Source: Felis catus (lineage: Eukaryota). Taken from it: DNA of 64,000 nt. A model generated the notes under the pieces. It was not told the DNA's origin. It saw only the letters and a program-made list of their open reading frames with translations, and made no database searches. The stretch spans positions 209,560,001-209,624,000 of the forward strand of contig NC_058375.1 in assembly GCF_018350175.1 (NCBI RefSeq), in the 5' to 3' direction. Both the position numbers and the translations under genes were made by a program. Shown one piece after another: positions 51,351 to 63,161 of this stretch (position 1 is the stretch's first letter; every line of letters begins with the position of its first letter).

Positions 51351-52185
51351 CTGAAAAGAAAAATAAAAAGAGTCGTCAGCAAAGGCATCTCAAACCTCGT
51401 ATTCCATCATTTTCTACGGGTTTTTCTTTAAAAAGGAGGCAGAACCAGATAAGCCGAAGTTACGGGCACAAACAGTACTGTGTACTTAAATAAAATCAAC
51501 AGACTGTATTTAACTTTTTTTTTTCCCCTTTCAAAATGCAAGAGTCTAAAGCAAATACAAACTCAAAACAGTCAATATTAAGTCAGTAAACAAATCGATC
51601 TGATTTGGAGGTTTCAGAGTTTAACAACACAAAAACACAAAATACTTGGATGTTCTTAGGATCAGAACAAAGATGTGAATTATAGTTATTGGGTAAACCT
51701 ACTATAAAATATGGTAGGCAGAGTCCAGCCAGGCCACACTTCATCTTCTTTTGGTTAACAGTCAAGTGTAGATTTTAGAATTTGAAGCCGGAGGGCCTAA
51801 CATTACAAAATCTGAAGTCAAGTTTTTAATGCGCCATTGTTTGACATGCGATGAAAATTTCAGATGCGAAAGGAGACCCAGGTGAAACAGACCCAGTTAA
51901 TCATTAAATTAAAAAGGGAAGGGATTCTGATTTAGACCTAATAGAAATGTTACTCTGCAAGAAGCACATTTCTTCCATGCAATTCAAGAAGGCAGACCTC
52001 ATGGGGCATTATCCATTCCCTTCCAGAGAGGAGACACCTCTTTCAACGTTATGAACCCTCCTTCGCTCTCAAGTGTTAGCATTCGACAGTCCTTCTGAGG
52101 GCCACATTCTTTATGCATTCCACGGTTATTTATAAATACCAATATTTACAGAATGTCTTCAGTAGTATACGGCACCACACAAAAG

Positions 52186-52252
52186 AGGAAGGAGGTAAAT
52201 CCCCTGGTAAATGCACAGGAAGGAGGTAAATCCCGTGGTAAATGCACAGGAA
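52186..52252. repeat. 31-bp tandem duplication
   Basis: aggaaggaggtaaatccc(c/g)tggtaaatgcac twice, plus a partial aggaa. Confidence 0.95.
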
Positions 52253-52394
52253 AAAAGCTCTCGCTGCACGGAAAGAATACTTCTAACTGGGAACAGAAAG
52301 GAAGTAATTCGCTGACACATATGGCTTGGTCTGGAAGGAAAGGGATAGTTTGGGGGTGTGGAAGTGGGATCCTATCTATGCTGCTTTGGGGTTG

Positions 52395-52460
52395 CCTCTC
52401 CAGAGCTCAACACAAGGGCTGGCACACAGTAAGTACTCACTAAATATGAGTGGAATGAAT
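52395..52460 (+). mobile_element. L2 3' end
   Basis: ctggcacacagtaagtactcactaaatatgagtggaatgaat. Confidence 0.7.
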
Positions 52461-55400
52461 CCAAGGGGAAAAGCACAGTTCCACCGTGAGCACACGATAA
52501 AACAAGGTCTGGGGAAGAGAGTGCGGCCGCAGAAAGGCCAAGGGAAGAATATAGTCATGTTGCCTCACAAGGTATGTGGAAAGGGGTCAAGGAAGCAAAC
52601 CTGCAAATGTAGGTTGGGTAGATGAAGAACTCTGAAGGAAACCCCAAGACAGCTTTAAGTATAGGGACAACAAAGACATGCTTCATGATAAGTCAAGATG
52701 CGGTAGTTATAATAATCCATATCCGTGGCAAGGAAAGGAACAGGTTCTACAATTCGTCCAGTGTATACGCTGACCGATAGAACTGTTTCTCGCTCTCTTC
52801 TCTCGAAGGAGAGTATGGCCGGGACCTGTGAGCCTTCCCTATTTACATAATGGCTTTCAGGTAAGTCGAAATGTACTAAAGGGAGACTCTAGCTTGATGA
52901 GGAGATTTCTGTTTATTTCAAAATATTAACCCCACCCCTAAATGACAGGTAAACAGCCTATTTTTCTCTATACAAATAAAGACGTGACATGGAGACACCA
53001 ATGTGAAAACAGGAGAGTGCTCCAGGCCTATCCCTTTCGTTGCCAGAGAAACAGGACTTACTCTGTGTGGTTCCCAAAGTGTCAGGAAAACCCCTCCCTT
53101 CAGAAACCCCGGAGAACCATCTCCAGATCTCCCACAGGCTTGCAAGGTTCTCCTGCACTCACACCGCAATCTATCCGAACGTTCTGACCAGAGTATCCAG
53201 ACACAGCTTCACAGCTCGGGGCCTAAGATGAAGTGGGAAGGCCCCACTGCATTAAAGGGCTTGAGACAAACAAACAAACTGCTCATTTACAGAAAAGGGG
53301 AGGGGAGTGTGTGTGCGGTGGGAACGGAGGGCACACGGTATGCTTTTCATTTTATACCTGGCTCTCGGCCAGAAGGGTTGAATGAACAGCTCAGCACAGG
53401 AACAAACTGTATCCAGTTTTGTAGTCACATGTGCCAACCTGCATGAATGCGGCGGGGCAGAGATCGGGGGCCCTCTGAAAAGGGAAAACACTGTGGCTTC
53501 GCCAGATGCTGAAATCTGTTGCTTTGGGGCCACTCCGGAACCCTCCCTGTAGCTTCCCGCATGCGTGTGTGTTCAAAGAGCAGGAAATAAAGGATCTGTC
53601 AACTGCACCATAAACTCTCCCTCTAAAGTCTCAGCGTACTACTTTTCAAAGCCCTTTGTCGTAAATCCTGATCAGCACACGTCTCAGCCACTAATGCTCC
53701 CTTCTGGTGCCATCACCTTGGGGATCTCTGAGAAAGTGAAAACAAGTGGGGAAAGTGGGAGAGTCTGCTGACCACGAGTATGGGGACAGAGGCTATAAAC
53801 AGGCAACAGAGGCCCAGAAAAACTTAAAGGGAAAGTCTGAAGTTCACATCTGCTTATCTTTGTTCAAGGGTGTGTGTGTACGTGTGTCTGTGTGTCTGTA
53901 TGGACGCACAGAAAACTTCGCTCCTGAGTAAATGATACAGATTTCTAACAGGCACGCCTGGGTGAGAACTGTCCTTCATTCCAGCCACCTTGGGGTCTGC
54001 ATACTTATTCCAATCAGGCAGCCATTGTTGGAAGCGCATTTTTGGAATGCCTTCTCAAGTTCCCATTTCTTTTTTTTTGCACCCGCCTTCTCAGCCTCGG
54101 GCATATTCTTTTGAAGGATCTCTATAGCAGCCAGTCTTGGCCCTTTGAGGGCACATTTGATCTTTCGAAACAGCCAAGAAGTTTTGGGAGCCAAATAGGG
54201 TGAACACAGGGGCTGATTAAGCTGAGTAATGGTTCCCAGTGAGGCATTAGCTAAAGCCAAAGAACCCCAAAACTAAAGTTCCAAAAGCATAGCTGTTCAC
54301 AAATGCTCTGAGGAGTTTTATTGGAAATGAACTCTGAGGACATTACAGATAGACCTCAGCCTATGTTCCTGGGGCTTAAGTTCACTTGCCTATATCCCCG
54401 CCTCTATGCAACTGCAGTCAGGAAGGGCTGATTCTCAATAAAGGAAGTCTCTTGAAGGAAGGCAAACACATATAGTATACAGTTTTGGAATATATTTTTA
54501 AAAAGTCAATACCCACAGTAGGTGCCAGCACTCATTCAATTCAAGAAACATCTGTTAGTGACAAATGAAAAGTCAGTGATAAAGGCTATAATCAGCACCA
54601 AAAGGGAAGACAGGGGTGTAGGTATGTTTGATGCACTTTATATATACAACCCCAACGGACTCCCACCAACCGTATGAGGCAAATATTGCAACAACGTTTT
54701 ACAAATACAAAAAGTCATTTGTAACATCCATAAACTGGAAACAAAAAAGCAAAAACACTTCCTTGGAGAAGCGCTGGGCAAATACCAAATGGTGATGTTC
54801 CTATGATATTTTCTGTCTAGTTACATCACTGGGGAATAACTTCTGAACTCAGAAATACCATGCACCTGTCATGAGATTTAGTAGCAGGAAATTACATTTT
54901 GATAAAATTTCATCACCACATCAGCATCTCTTGTACCTTTCCGTGTGTCTTGTCGTAAGATAAAACCTACCTAATCCTGTTGCCAGTAATGAAAAATGCA
55001 ATTTTTAAAGCATTATCAAGTAAGTCAACACTTGAGCAATGCTACTTGAGACTTATGGATTACTGCATTATTGCATCCAGTAGGAATTTACATCTTTTGG
55101 ACTCGACCCACTTAAACTATGCCTACCAAAGCTGAAAAACAAATAAAGCTTCTGTTGCTTTTCACACTCAGCCTGATTAACCTTCACCGTGAAGCAGCTG
55201 AAAACAGCATCAGGCTATATGATATGTGTACAATGAAGGATCCATACCCTTCCAACGACGAATTTTTAGTCCAACCCATTGACTAAACGTTTTCTCTTGT
55301 ATTCAAAGGCCTTGAAACCTCCTTCCAGTTTGTTGAGTCAACTGCAACACTGTTCTAAATACCTGGTTAAAGCAGTCCTTGCAATTTCTACTTTTAGTAA

Positions 55401-56484
55401 GAAAACAGGAGTAAAATGTTATAAGTTGCTGGGCTATTGTCTTCTACCAAAATGTAGCCAGAACGTAACTCTTCCTCACCCAACTATGCTTAGAAAAAAA
55501 ATGACTGTAACTACAGTAAATGGCTTTTCTTCGGTGGAGATCATTGTTTGAAATCTCATATCGTAGATCAACTAGAAAAAAAATTTTTATAAATAAATTC
55601 CTCCACTTAAAGGCATGTGTCAAAACAGCACATTTTTCTTTCACTTAACATAAACAGCTATGATTAAAAAAAAATTCTCGATCACAATATAGAAAATTTA
55701 TACAACACAAAAAACGTAAAGAAGGAATAAAATTTCCTGAAATCTTGTCAACCAGGTAAAAACCATGATTCAGCTGTGGTCCTAAGTTCACTATTTGCTT
55801 AAAGGACTTGAACTTTTAAAATTCTACATTTAAGGTCAAAATTGTTTAAATAGGACTGGAAAATAATGTTTTCATCATATTTCGATCTTCCCCATTCTTA
55901 AAAAAAAATCTGTGATGAGAAGATATTTGAAATGTTAACCAACTTTTAAACATTTTCGGTATTCTATCCCTTTCCCTTCCTCCCAATTTGTCGTGGATGG
56001 GGATGGGGATGGGAGTTTGAAAGTAGGAAAAGCCTCTGGCTTCCTGGCTTTGGGGTCCAAAAGCCCAAGTCCTTACGGGAATGGGACAAAGCATATAGAA
56101 GAACAGGAGGGGAGGATTCCTCTCAGAGGAGAAGACCGTTCCCTTCACCTGGGAATAGAGAGAGAAATGGTGGGCATGGTGGGGAGCTTTGTACTTGGCA
56201 GAATGCCGAAAATGGAGCCTGTGACATCTCTCTAAATCTTGTCTTTCCTGGCCTGTTGACTTCTTATTTGACACAATTATAGTCAATTGCATACCACTAC
56301 TGTGATGGCAGTCCATTTCTTCAGCCACCTCACTGATGCCAACACAATAATTCACGGTACCACTAATTTAGAGAAGATCGAGTCTTCTAGAATGCTAGCA
56401 TACTATTAGTAAGGTACATTATAAAACACTGCCAAAGTATTCTGTCTTTAAGCAGACCTGATTCTGGCAAACAGGCCAGTAAAT

Positions 56485-56486
<2 letters not shown>

Positions 56487-56529
<43 letters not shown>
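56487..56529. repeat. (CA)n microsatellite
   Basis: Directly visible. Confidence 0.97.
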
Positions 56530-56530
<1 letters not shown>

Positions 56531-56886
56531 CAGTATTAAATAGATTCATAGTTCTGGGAGTATATGTGTACTCTGGATTTTAACCTTCACACTACTCAAT
56601 CTCAGATGGAGAAAGGAGGCTGCTGATCCATTTGATGGACTGTGAAACCCTTGTTAAAGACATTTCCTGGCTTAGAGTTTGGTTCTACCCCCGAGGGTTG
56701 GACGTCAGCATTTAGGGAGGAAACAGAATTATCAGCTCAGTCCTGTTAGCCGTAATAATCACCCAAGTAAAATAAAAGAAAAGCTACCTCCAGAGAGTTT
56801 CAAGTTTGGGACACAGGGAGAATCACTCTGCTTTTTACAAGGTACAGCTGGGAAGTGTGGGGGCAAGCTGGGACTCTAGTGAAGGA

Positions 56887-57076
56887 NNNNNNNNNNNNNN
56901 NNNNNNNNNNNNNNNNNNNNNNNNNNNNNNNNNNNNNNNNNNNNNNNNNNNNNNNNNNNNNNNNNNNNNNNNNNNNNNNNNNNNNNNNNNNNNNNNNNNN
57001 NNNNNNNNNNNNNNNNNNNNNNNNNNNNNNNNNNNNNNNNNNNNNNNNNNNNNNNNNNNNNNNNNNNNNNNNNNNN
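56887..57076. other. Assembly gap
   Basis: N run. Confidence 1.
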
Positions 57077-57702
57077 AAACTAAAGAACTCAAGTTAGAGG
57101 AAAGACCAAGACGTTTGCTACTTTCTGTTGACAAGAAGCTAAAGAAAGGAAACCTCTTTGAAAATAGGCCAGAAGGGAGCTGGAAAGACTTGGTTTCACG
57201 GTCTTAAAAGGCAAAGGGTAACTGAGCAGCCAGGCCAGTGCTTTAAAGGAGCTGCTTAAATAGCACTTTTTCCTGGTGCAAGTCACACGGGCGAGAGCTG
57301 GGGAAGATAACAAGGTTGCTGGCCAGCCCTTCCAGCACACGGGGCTGCCAGGGAGGACCATTCAGGGAAAGCTGCCAACATGTGAGAGGCCACCTCGCTC
57401 CAGTTCCCCTTTTGTCCCAGCGAAAGGCCTTCTGGCAGGGCCGGTGACTTCAGGAGACCACCAGTGAAGAAAGGCAACGTGTATCATGAAAAGAAAAGGA
57501 GAGGGGCTGACCCAGGAGCCGGCCATCCAGCCTTCGAGCCTCCGCTGTGGTCCACGGGGTGAATCCTGCCAGCACTGTGGACCTCTCCTGTCCCCAAAAA
57601 CAAAGGGCAGGGACTTTTCGAGAGGGTTGGAAATTTATGGAGAAGACAGATTAAAACGACTACAACAACATATGGTTTGCAACAATTAAAAGTATTCTGC
57701 CA

Positions 57703-57795
57703 GGGGTGGCCGGCTGGCTCAGTGGGTACAGCGGGTGACTCTTGATCTCAGGGTCATGGGTTCGAGATTACTTAAAAATAAAATCTCGAGAAAAA
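57703..57795 (+). mobile_element. Minimal old Can-SINE (tRNA-like head plus tail, internally deleted)
   Basis: A box tggctcagtggg, B box ggttcgaga, gattacttaaaaataaaatc tail; perfect 15-bp TSD aaaagtattctgcca. Confidence 0.9.
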
Positions 57796-57859
57796 AAAAG
57801 TATTCTGCCAATGATGTACTAAGGAACTCTGAAGAAGCATTCAGAAATCTTTTAAGCCA

Positions 57860-58055
57860 GGGGCGCCTGGGTGGCTCAGTCAGTTAAGCAGTTGACTCAT
57901 AATTTTGGCTCATAATCTCATGGTTTCTGGGATCCAACCCTGCGTGGGGCTCTGCACTGACACTGTGGGGCCTGCTTGGGATTCTCTCTCTCCCTCTCTC
58001 TCTGCCCCTCCACCCCCTCCCTCTGTCTCAAAATAAATAAATAAACATTTTTTAA
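57860..58055 (+). mobile_element. Can-SINE
   Basis: TSD aaatct(t/c)ttaagcc. Confidence 0.95.
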
Positions 58056-59043
58056 AAATCTCTTAAGCCGAAGAATATTCACTTTAGTTATTTCACGGGT
58101 TATTTCTTTTTATTAATATGGAGCATGCTGAGAAAGCAAACGGGGGTCGTCAACACCGTTAAGAGCCCTCCCCCATCCCCGCAAGGTAAGTCAAAATGTC
58201 TCAGATCTCTCTTCTACAGAAATCAGAATGCATCCCCACATACGTGACAGTCAAGGTAGGGGAAACTCAGAAAAACAACCCCTCTACATTACAAGTCAGA
58301 CCACATAATGTGGGACAGGAAGCTTTAATTTTAACGGAGCTCAACCAAAATAAACCTGTTGCCTGAAGACACGAAAGTAATATGATACCTTCTTCCCTAC
58401 CTGAGAAAGCAAGTCATAAAATTCAGTCTTTCTTCTGCTTTCGTGGGAGCTATTTCTGCAGTTTATTTTCTCTCCTAGGAATTAAATTCCAGCTCTGAGG
58501 TTTATAGTTTATACTGTCACTTCGCATCAGTTTTTTGGTTTTGTTTTGTTTCAATGTTCAGAAACACAGGAAGTAGGTTTTATTGGTCTGGCTTTGATCC
58601 AAACCAGTAGACATAAATTCAAATCACAACTTAGTTTACAATGTGGTGTAGAGATAGTAAAAAAGTGTTTGCAATGCCATTTCTGGAATTAGGCAAATGG
58701 GAATGAGGCAGACTCAGCCTAGTGCTGCTGCCTTTAATATTTCTGCTAAACACTAAATAGATTTCGCATTCTTTCCTCTCTCCCTGGAGTCAGATCATAA
58801 ATTGCTTCAAGAAAGCAAGTGCCTGATTTTACATTTGAGTAATTGTCTGACTACCCAATTGTTTCTTATCAACTATCAGCAGCTTTTCCGTAATAGCATA
58901 GGAACCAGAGCACAGAACAAGCATTCACACAGAGGGCCCCGAGTCTGCAGCGGGCTGAGGTAAGGATCATTAACACCACTGACATCACTTTTGGCAGCCG
59001 GGGAAGAGGGAAAACCTGTGTTTTTAATCTACTTCCTACTCAC

Positions 59044-59311
59044 CACAAGTTTTTAGCCGGAGTCCCCGATAATATGGGTTTGTGGCTGACTGTATGGAAG
59101 AATTTGGTAATGCAAGAAAAATGCAAGTACTGAACTGAACAAGCATCTTTAACGGGAACCACGAGGTACCTCAGCTGCGTGGCCCTGATCTTCCGTGGTA
59201 TTCTGATCATGCAACGGGCCTCCCGGAGGACAGGGCCATGCCCAACTGTTCCTAGTAAGGTCAAGCTCAGTAGAAGACTCTCCGGACTGCACACAATCTA
59301 AGTGACATGTC
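59044..59311 (-). ncRNA. Weak candidate internal exon, minus strand
   Basis: Acceptor-like TTTTTGTTTGTGATTTATGATGATGGTTTCCAG|G and donor GTG|GTGAGT (59038-59043) bracket 268 nt of unique sequence. Motif evidence only. Confidence 0.2.
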
Positions 59312-59571
59312 CTGGAAACCATCATCATAAATCACAAACAAAAAGGTGTTACCCTTTGTCTTCCCTCTTGCTTTGAGAATAGTAAGGGGGAAAATGTGGG
59401 GGAGAATTTAATCAAGATTCTTGGAAGTTACGTGAGCTGTTGTTGTTTATGTGGCCCAAATGATGAAAGAAAACTCTCTGAAACCAATCGAAACTGGTAG
59501 ACGGCGGCGTATTTCAAATGTATTCAGAGCACAATTGTGACTCATTTTACTGGAAGCATTCTTTTAAAATT

Positions 59572-59781
59572 CTTTTTAATGTTTTTATTTAGTTTTGAGA
59601 CAGAGAGAGACAGAGCATGAGCAGGGGAGGGGCAGAGAGAGAGGGAGACACAGAATCTGAAGCAGGCTCTAGGCTCTGAGCCGTCAGCACGGAGCCCAAC
59701 GCGGGACCTGAACCACGATCTGTGAGATCATGACCTGAGCCCAAGTCGGACGCTTAACCAACCGAGCCACCCAGGCGCCCC
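59572..59781 (-). mobile_element. Can-SINE
   Basis: Typical head and tail. Confidence 0.95.
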
Positions 59782-59849
59782 AAGAATTCTTTTTAAAGAA
59801 ATGCAAGTGATAAGACTTCTGGGCTAGGAAACCAAGTCTTTCTTTGTTC

Positions 59850-60080
59850 GTTTTTTTTCTTATGTGTTTTTTTTTATTTTTTTGAGAGAGAGAGAGAGAG
59901 AGAGAGAGTGTGTGTGCACGCACGCACGTGAGTGGGGGAGGGCAGAGAGAGAGGGGGACAGAGGATCCTATGTGGGCTCTGTGCTTTGAGCAGGGAGCTC
60001 AATGCAGGGCTTGGACTCATGAACCACGAGATCATGACCTGAGCTGACGTCGGACGCTCAACTGAGCCACCCAGGTGCTT
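59850..60080 (-). mobile_element. Can-SINE
   Basis: Typical head and tail. Confidence 0.94.
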
Positions 60081-60427
60081 CTGTGAAAGCAAGTCTGAAA
60101 CAAAAGTCAGTTAAGGAGGATGGAAAAGAGTCCCATCCATCTCAGGCTGCCGAAGGCCAGGGGTGAGACCTCTACATAGCTGGGCTGTGTTCAAGATAAG
60201 CTGTAACCCTGCTTGCAATAAAGTCATGCGATAAGTAGGGCTGTCACCATCTGACTGAGGTGTGTCCTGTATGGACTTCTGAATTCTAAAATATAATTTA
60301 GGAAATTAAATCCCCAAAAAAAGGTTATTTTGAGAACGAAGATGGTCCTACCACATGGCTGTTAACGCTTTTTAAACACTGGTCAATTTTAACTCAAAAC
60401 TTATTTCCAAGTTAAAATGTAGAAGGA

Positions 60428-60645
60428 GGGGCGCCTGAGTGGCTCAGTTGGTTAAGCGTCCCACTCTTGATTTCGGCTCAGGTCGTGATCCCAGGGCCAT
60501 GGGATTGAGCCCCACAACAGGCTCCGTTGCTGGGCATGGAACCCGCCTGAGATTCTCTCCCTCGCTCTCTCTCTCTCTGTCTTTCTCCCTCCCTCTACCC
60601 CTTTTTCCCACTTGTGTGCTCTTTCTAAAAAGAAAAAAAAAATTG
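60428..60645 (+). mobile_element. Can-SINE (older subfamily)
   Basis: ggggcgcctgagtggctcag head, CT tract, A tail. Confidence 0.93.
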
Positions 60646-60689
60646 AAAAGGAGACTAAGAATTTACACGATCTCCTCTTCTCTCATTCT

Positions 60690-60865
60690 TTTCTCTGTGA
60701 TTTTGGACGAGTTAGTAACCCCTGTAAATCACAATATTGTCATCTGTAACACGGGGATAACAGTACCCACTTCATAGGGTTATCTTTAAGCTTAAATGAG
60801 ATAATACACGAAAATTTTCATCATTATGCCTGACACATGTGAGCCCTCAAACATCAGCTCTTATT
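60690..60865 (+). mobile_element. MIR SINE
   Basis: catctgtaacacggggataacagtacccacttcatagggtt..ttaaatgagataat. Confidence 0.88.
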
Positions 60866-60897
60866 GTAAGAACTCTTATCAAGAACTAGATATCCTT

Positions 60898-61113
60898 GGG
60901 GGCGCCTGGGTGGCTCAGTCGGCTAAGCGTCTGACTTGGGCTCAGGTCATGATCTCACAGCTACTGAGTTTAAGCCGAGTCGGGCTCTGTGCTGACCACG
61001 TGGAGTCTGCTTAGAATTCTCTCCCTCCCTCCCTCTCTGTTCTTCCCCCACTGGTGCACCCTCTGTCTCTGTCTCTCTCAAAACAAATAAATAAACATTA
61101 AAAAAAAAAAGTC
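60898..61113 (+). mobile_element. Can-SINE
   Basis: 14-bp TSD ctagatatccttgg. Confidence 0.96.
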
Positions 61114-62292
61114 CTAGATATCCTTGGATCTCCCATCTTTTCCTGATACCTGAAAATACACGCCAACCAAAGACGCTCTGGTGGAATCTGCAAGCAAGAA
61201 TAAATCCATAGACCAGATACCAGCCAAGGGCTGAGGCTGAAGCCAAGATTAGAATGAGTCTTGGGAAGGGAGACAAAATTATTTGCGAGGGGGGGGGTGG
61301 TATGGAGGAAGTGCCAGTACAAACAGAAAAGGTAAAAAGTAGTGGTGAAGCTAAAAATAAGACCCTGGGATAGGATTTTAGACAAAGACCTGTCTACCTA
61401 CACAGGGAACAGCACAAGGTAAATATTAGGACGGAAAGCGTTCGCGTGTCTTTGGCGGATCTTAAATTAAGGCTATCTACAGAAACACCGTTGAAAGCCC
61501 ACTTCTCTTGCTTTCTCAGAGGAATCAGAAGCCTGAAGCCCCCAGCCCTTCTAAGTCAGCCAATGAAAGACTCACCATGCTACAAGAAACGATTCACAAA
61601 GAATTCTCCTGAATAGACTTAAATGGATGTTTAGTGAGATTCTTATGCACTATTTCCAGGTTCCAAAGCATGTTTCTAATTGGAGGGGGAGGGGACGGGC
61701 GGCTCTTGTTTCTGAATTCTTGTCCCCAGTCTCGCATCTGAAGGAACCGAACGGGAATGGGACATAGCCAGTCAACGCTGCCTGACTTACTTGACGAAAA
61801 CCTGAAATCACAGCCAGATGCACACGTCGAAGGGTGGGCAGCTGGAAGAGGAGGGGGAAAAAAACTGGAAAGATCATCTGAAATTAATGACAACGTGTAC
61901 ATTGCTTGCATCTCTGAGGCCTTTGAAGCAGACAATGGTGCAGATTTCTAAGCGACTGCAAACACTTCTCTATTGTCCAGGATCAGGAAGCAAAATTCTT
62001 CCAGCCGACAAGGAGCAGCTGACCTTTCACCCGCTGACCCCGGGTTCACGGTCTCTGCTTTCATGTCTCAAGTCTCGCTTCCACTTTGCTCTTGTTCCCC
62101 TTTCTTTTCCCCATTATCTGACATCTCAGCCTTTGGCTTTTTAATTTGGAGAACGGCGTTTGCGGAGAAGTTCCCTTACCGGCCCGCTGAATTGAACCCC
62201 ATCATGTCACTCGGCTACTGAGCTGCCTGCCTGGCTGAACTAGAAGCCTCCTGAGGACAGCTGTGCCAAATTCTTAATTCAGAGGTGGTGGT

Positions 62293-62515
62293 GGGGCGCC
62301 TGGGTGGCTCAGTCGGTTGAGTGTCTGACTTCGGCTCAGGTCATGATCTCACAGTTAGTGGATTCGAGCCCCGCGTCGGGCTCTGGGCTGACAGCTCAGA
62401 GCCTGGAGCCTGCTTCAGATTCTATGTCTCCCTCTCTCTTTCTGCCCCTCCCCTGCTTGCTCTCGCTCTCGTTCTCTCTCTCTCTCTCTCAAAAATAAAC
62501 ATTAAAAAAAAAAAA
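62293..62515 (+). mobile_element. Can-SINE
   Basis: Typical head, CT tract, A tail. Confidence 0.96.
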
Positions 62516-62522
62516 GGAATAA

Positions 62523-62743
62523 TGGAGTGCCTGGCTGGCTCAGTTGGTTAAGTGACTGACTCTTGGATTTCAGTTCAGATTCTGATCTCACAGTTCATGA
62601 GTTCAGCCCCACATCAGGTTCTGTGCTGATGGCAGGGAGCCTGCTTGGGATTCTCTCTCTCTCCCCCTCCCCCGCCCCTTCCCCTCTCCCGCTCATAAGC
62701 ATGTGCGTTATCAAAATAAATAAATAAACATAAAAAAAAAAAA
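62523..62743 (+). mobile_element. Can-SINE
   Basis: In tandem with the previous copy. Confidence 0.94.
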
Positions 62744-62921
62744 AGACAATGCTGCTCAGTGACCCTGAGGAAATTACAGTCCCAGGGGAGATAAGGGGGT
62801 CTGTGAAGGTAAGCCACTGGTGAGCCAGGCAGGAGCCATCTGGACTCCACTGGAACATGCTCAGGGGACTAAACCCCTTTTCTCTGCACAGACCTTCTAG
62901 CTTCCAAGCACATCACTAAAT

Positions 62922-63161
62922 CTCTTGTTCTCAATTTGGGTGGCCAGGAGTAATATCTCCCTGCAAAAGGTATTTGGCAATGCCTGGAAACATTTTTGGT
63001 TGTCACAACTGGGGTTGGAATGAAGGGGGAGAGAGGCCATTGGCATGTGGTGGGTGGAGGCCCCGAATCCTATTAAACCTCCCACAATGCACAGGATGGC
63101 CACCTGCAACCCAGAACTATCTGGCCCCAAACGTCAACAGTGCTGAGGCTGAGAAACGTGC
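62922..63161. mobile_element. MER20-like hAT-Charlie MITE
   Basis: atttggcaatgcctggaaacatttttggttgtcacaactggg..tatctggccccaaacgtcaacagtgctgaggctgagaaac. Confidence 0.92.

Noticed and set aside
53003-53446. 147-aa ORF and overlapping ORFs
   Set aside because: Several overlapping frames are open on both strands in a GC-richer patch; no recognisable domain.
55846-56355. 169-aa minus-strand ORF
   Set aside because: GTG start, no recognisable homology, no supporting splice structure.
57703-57795. tRNA gene
   Set aside because: The 3' acceptor stem is missing, and an A-rich tail and TSD are present, so it is a SINE.
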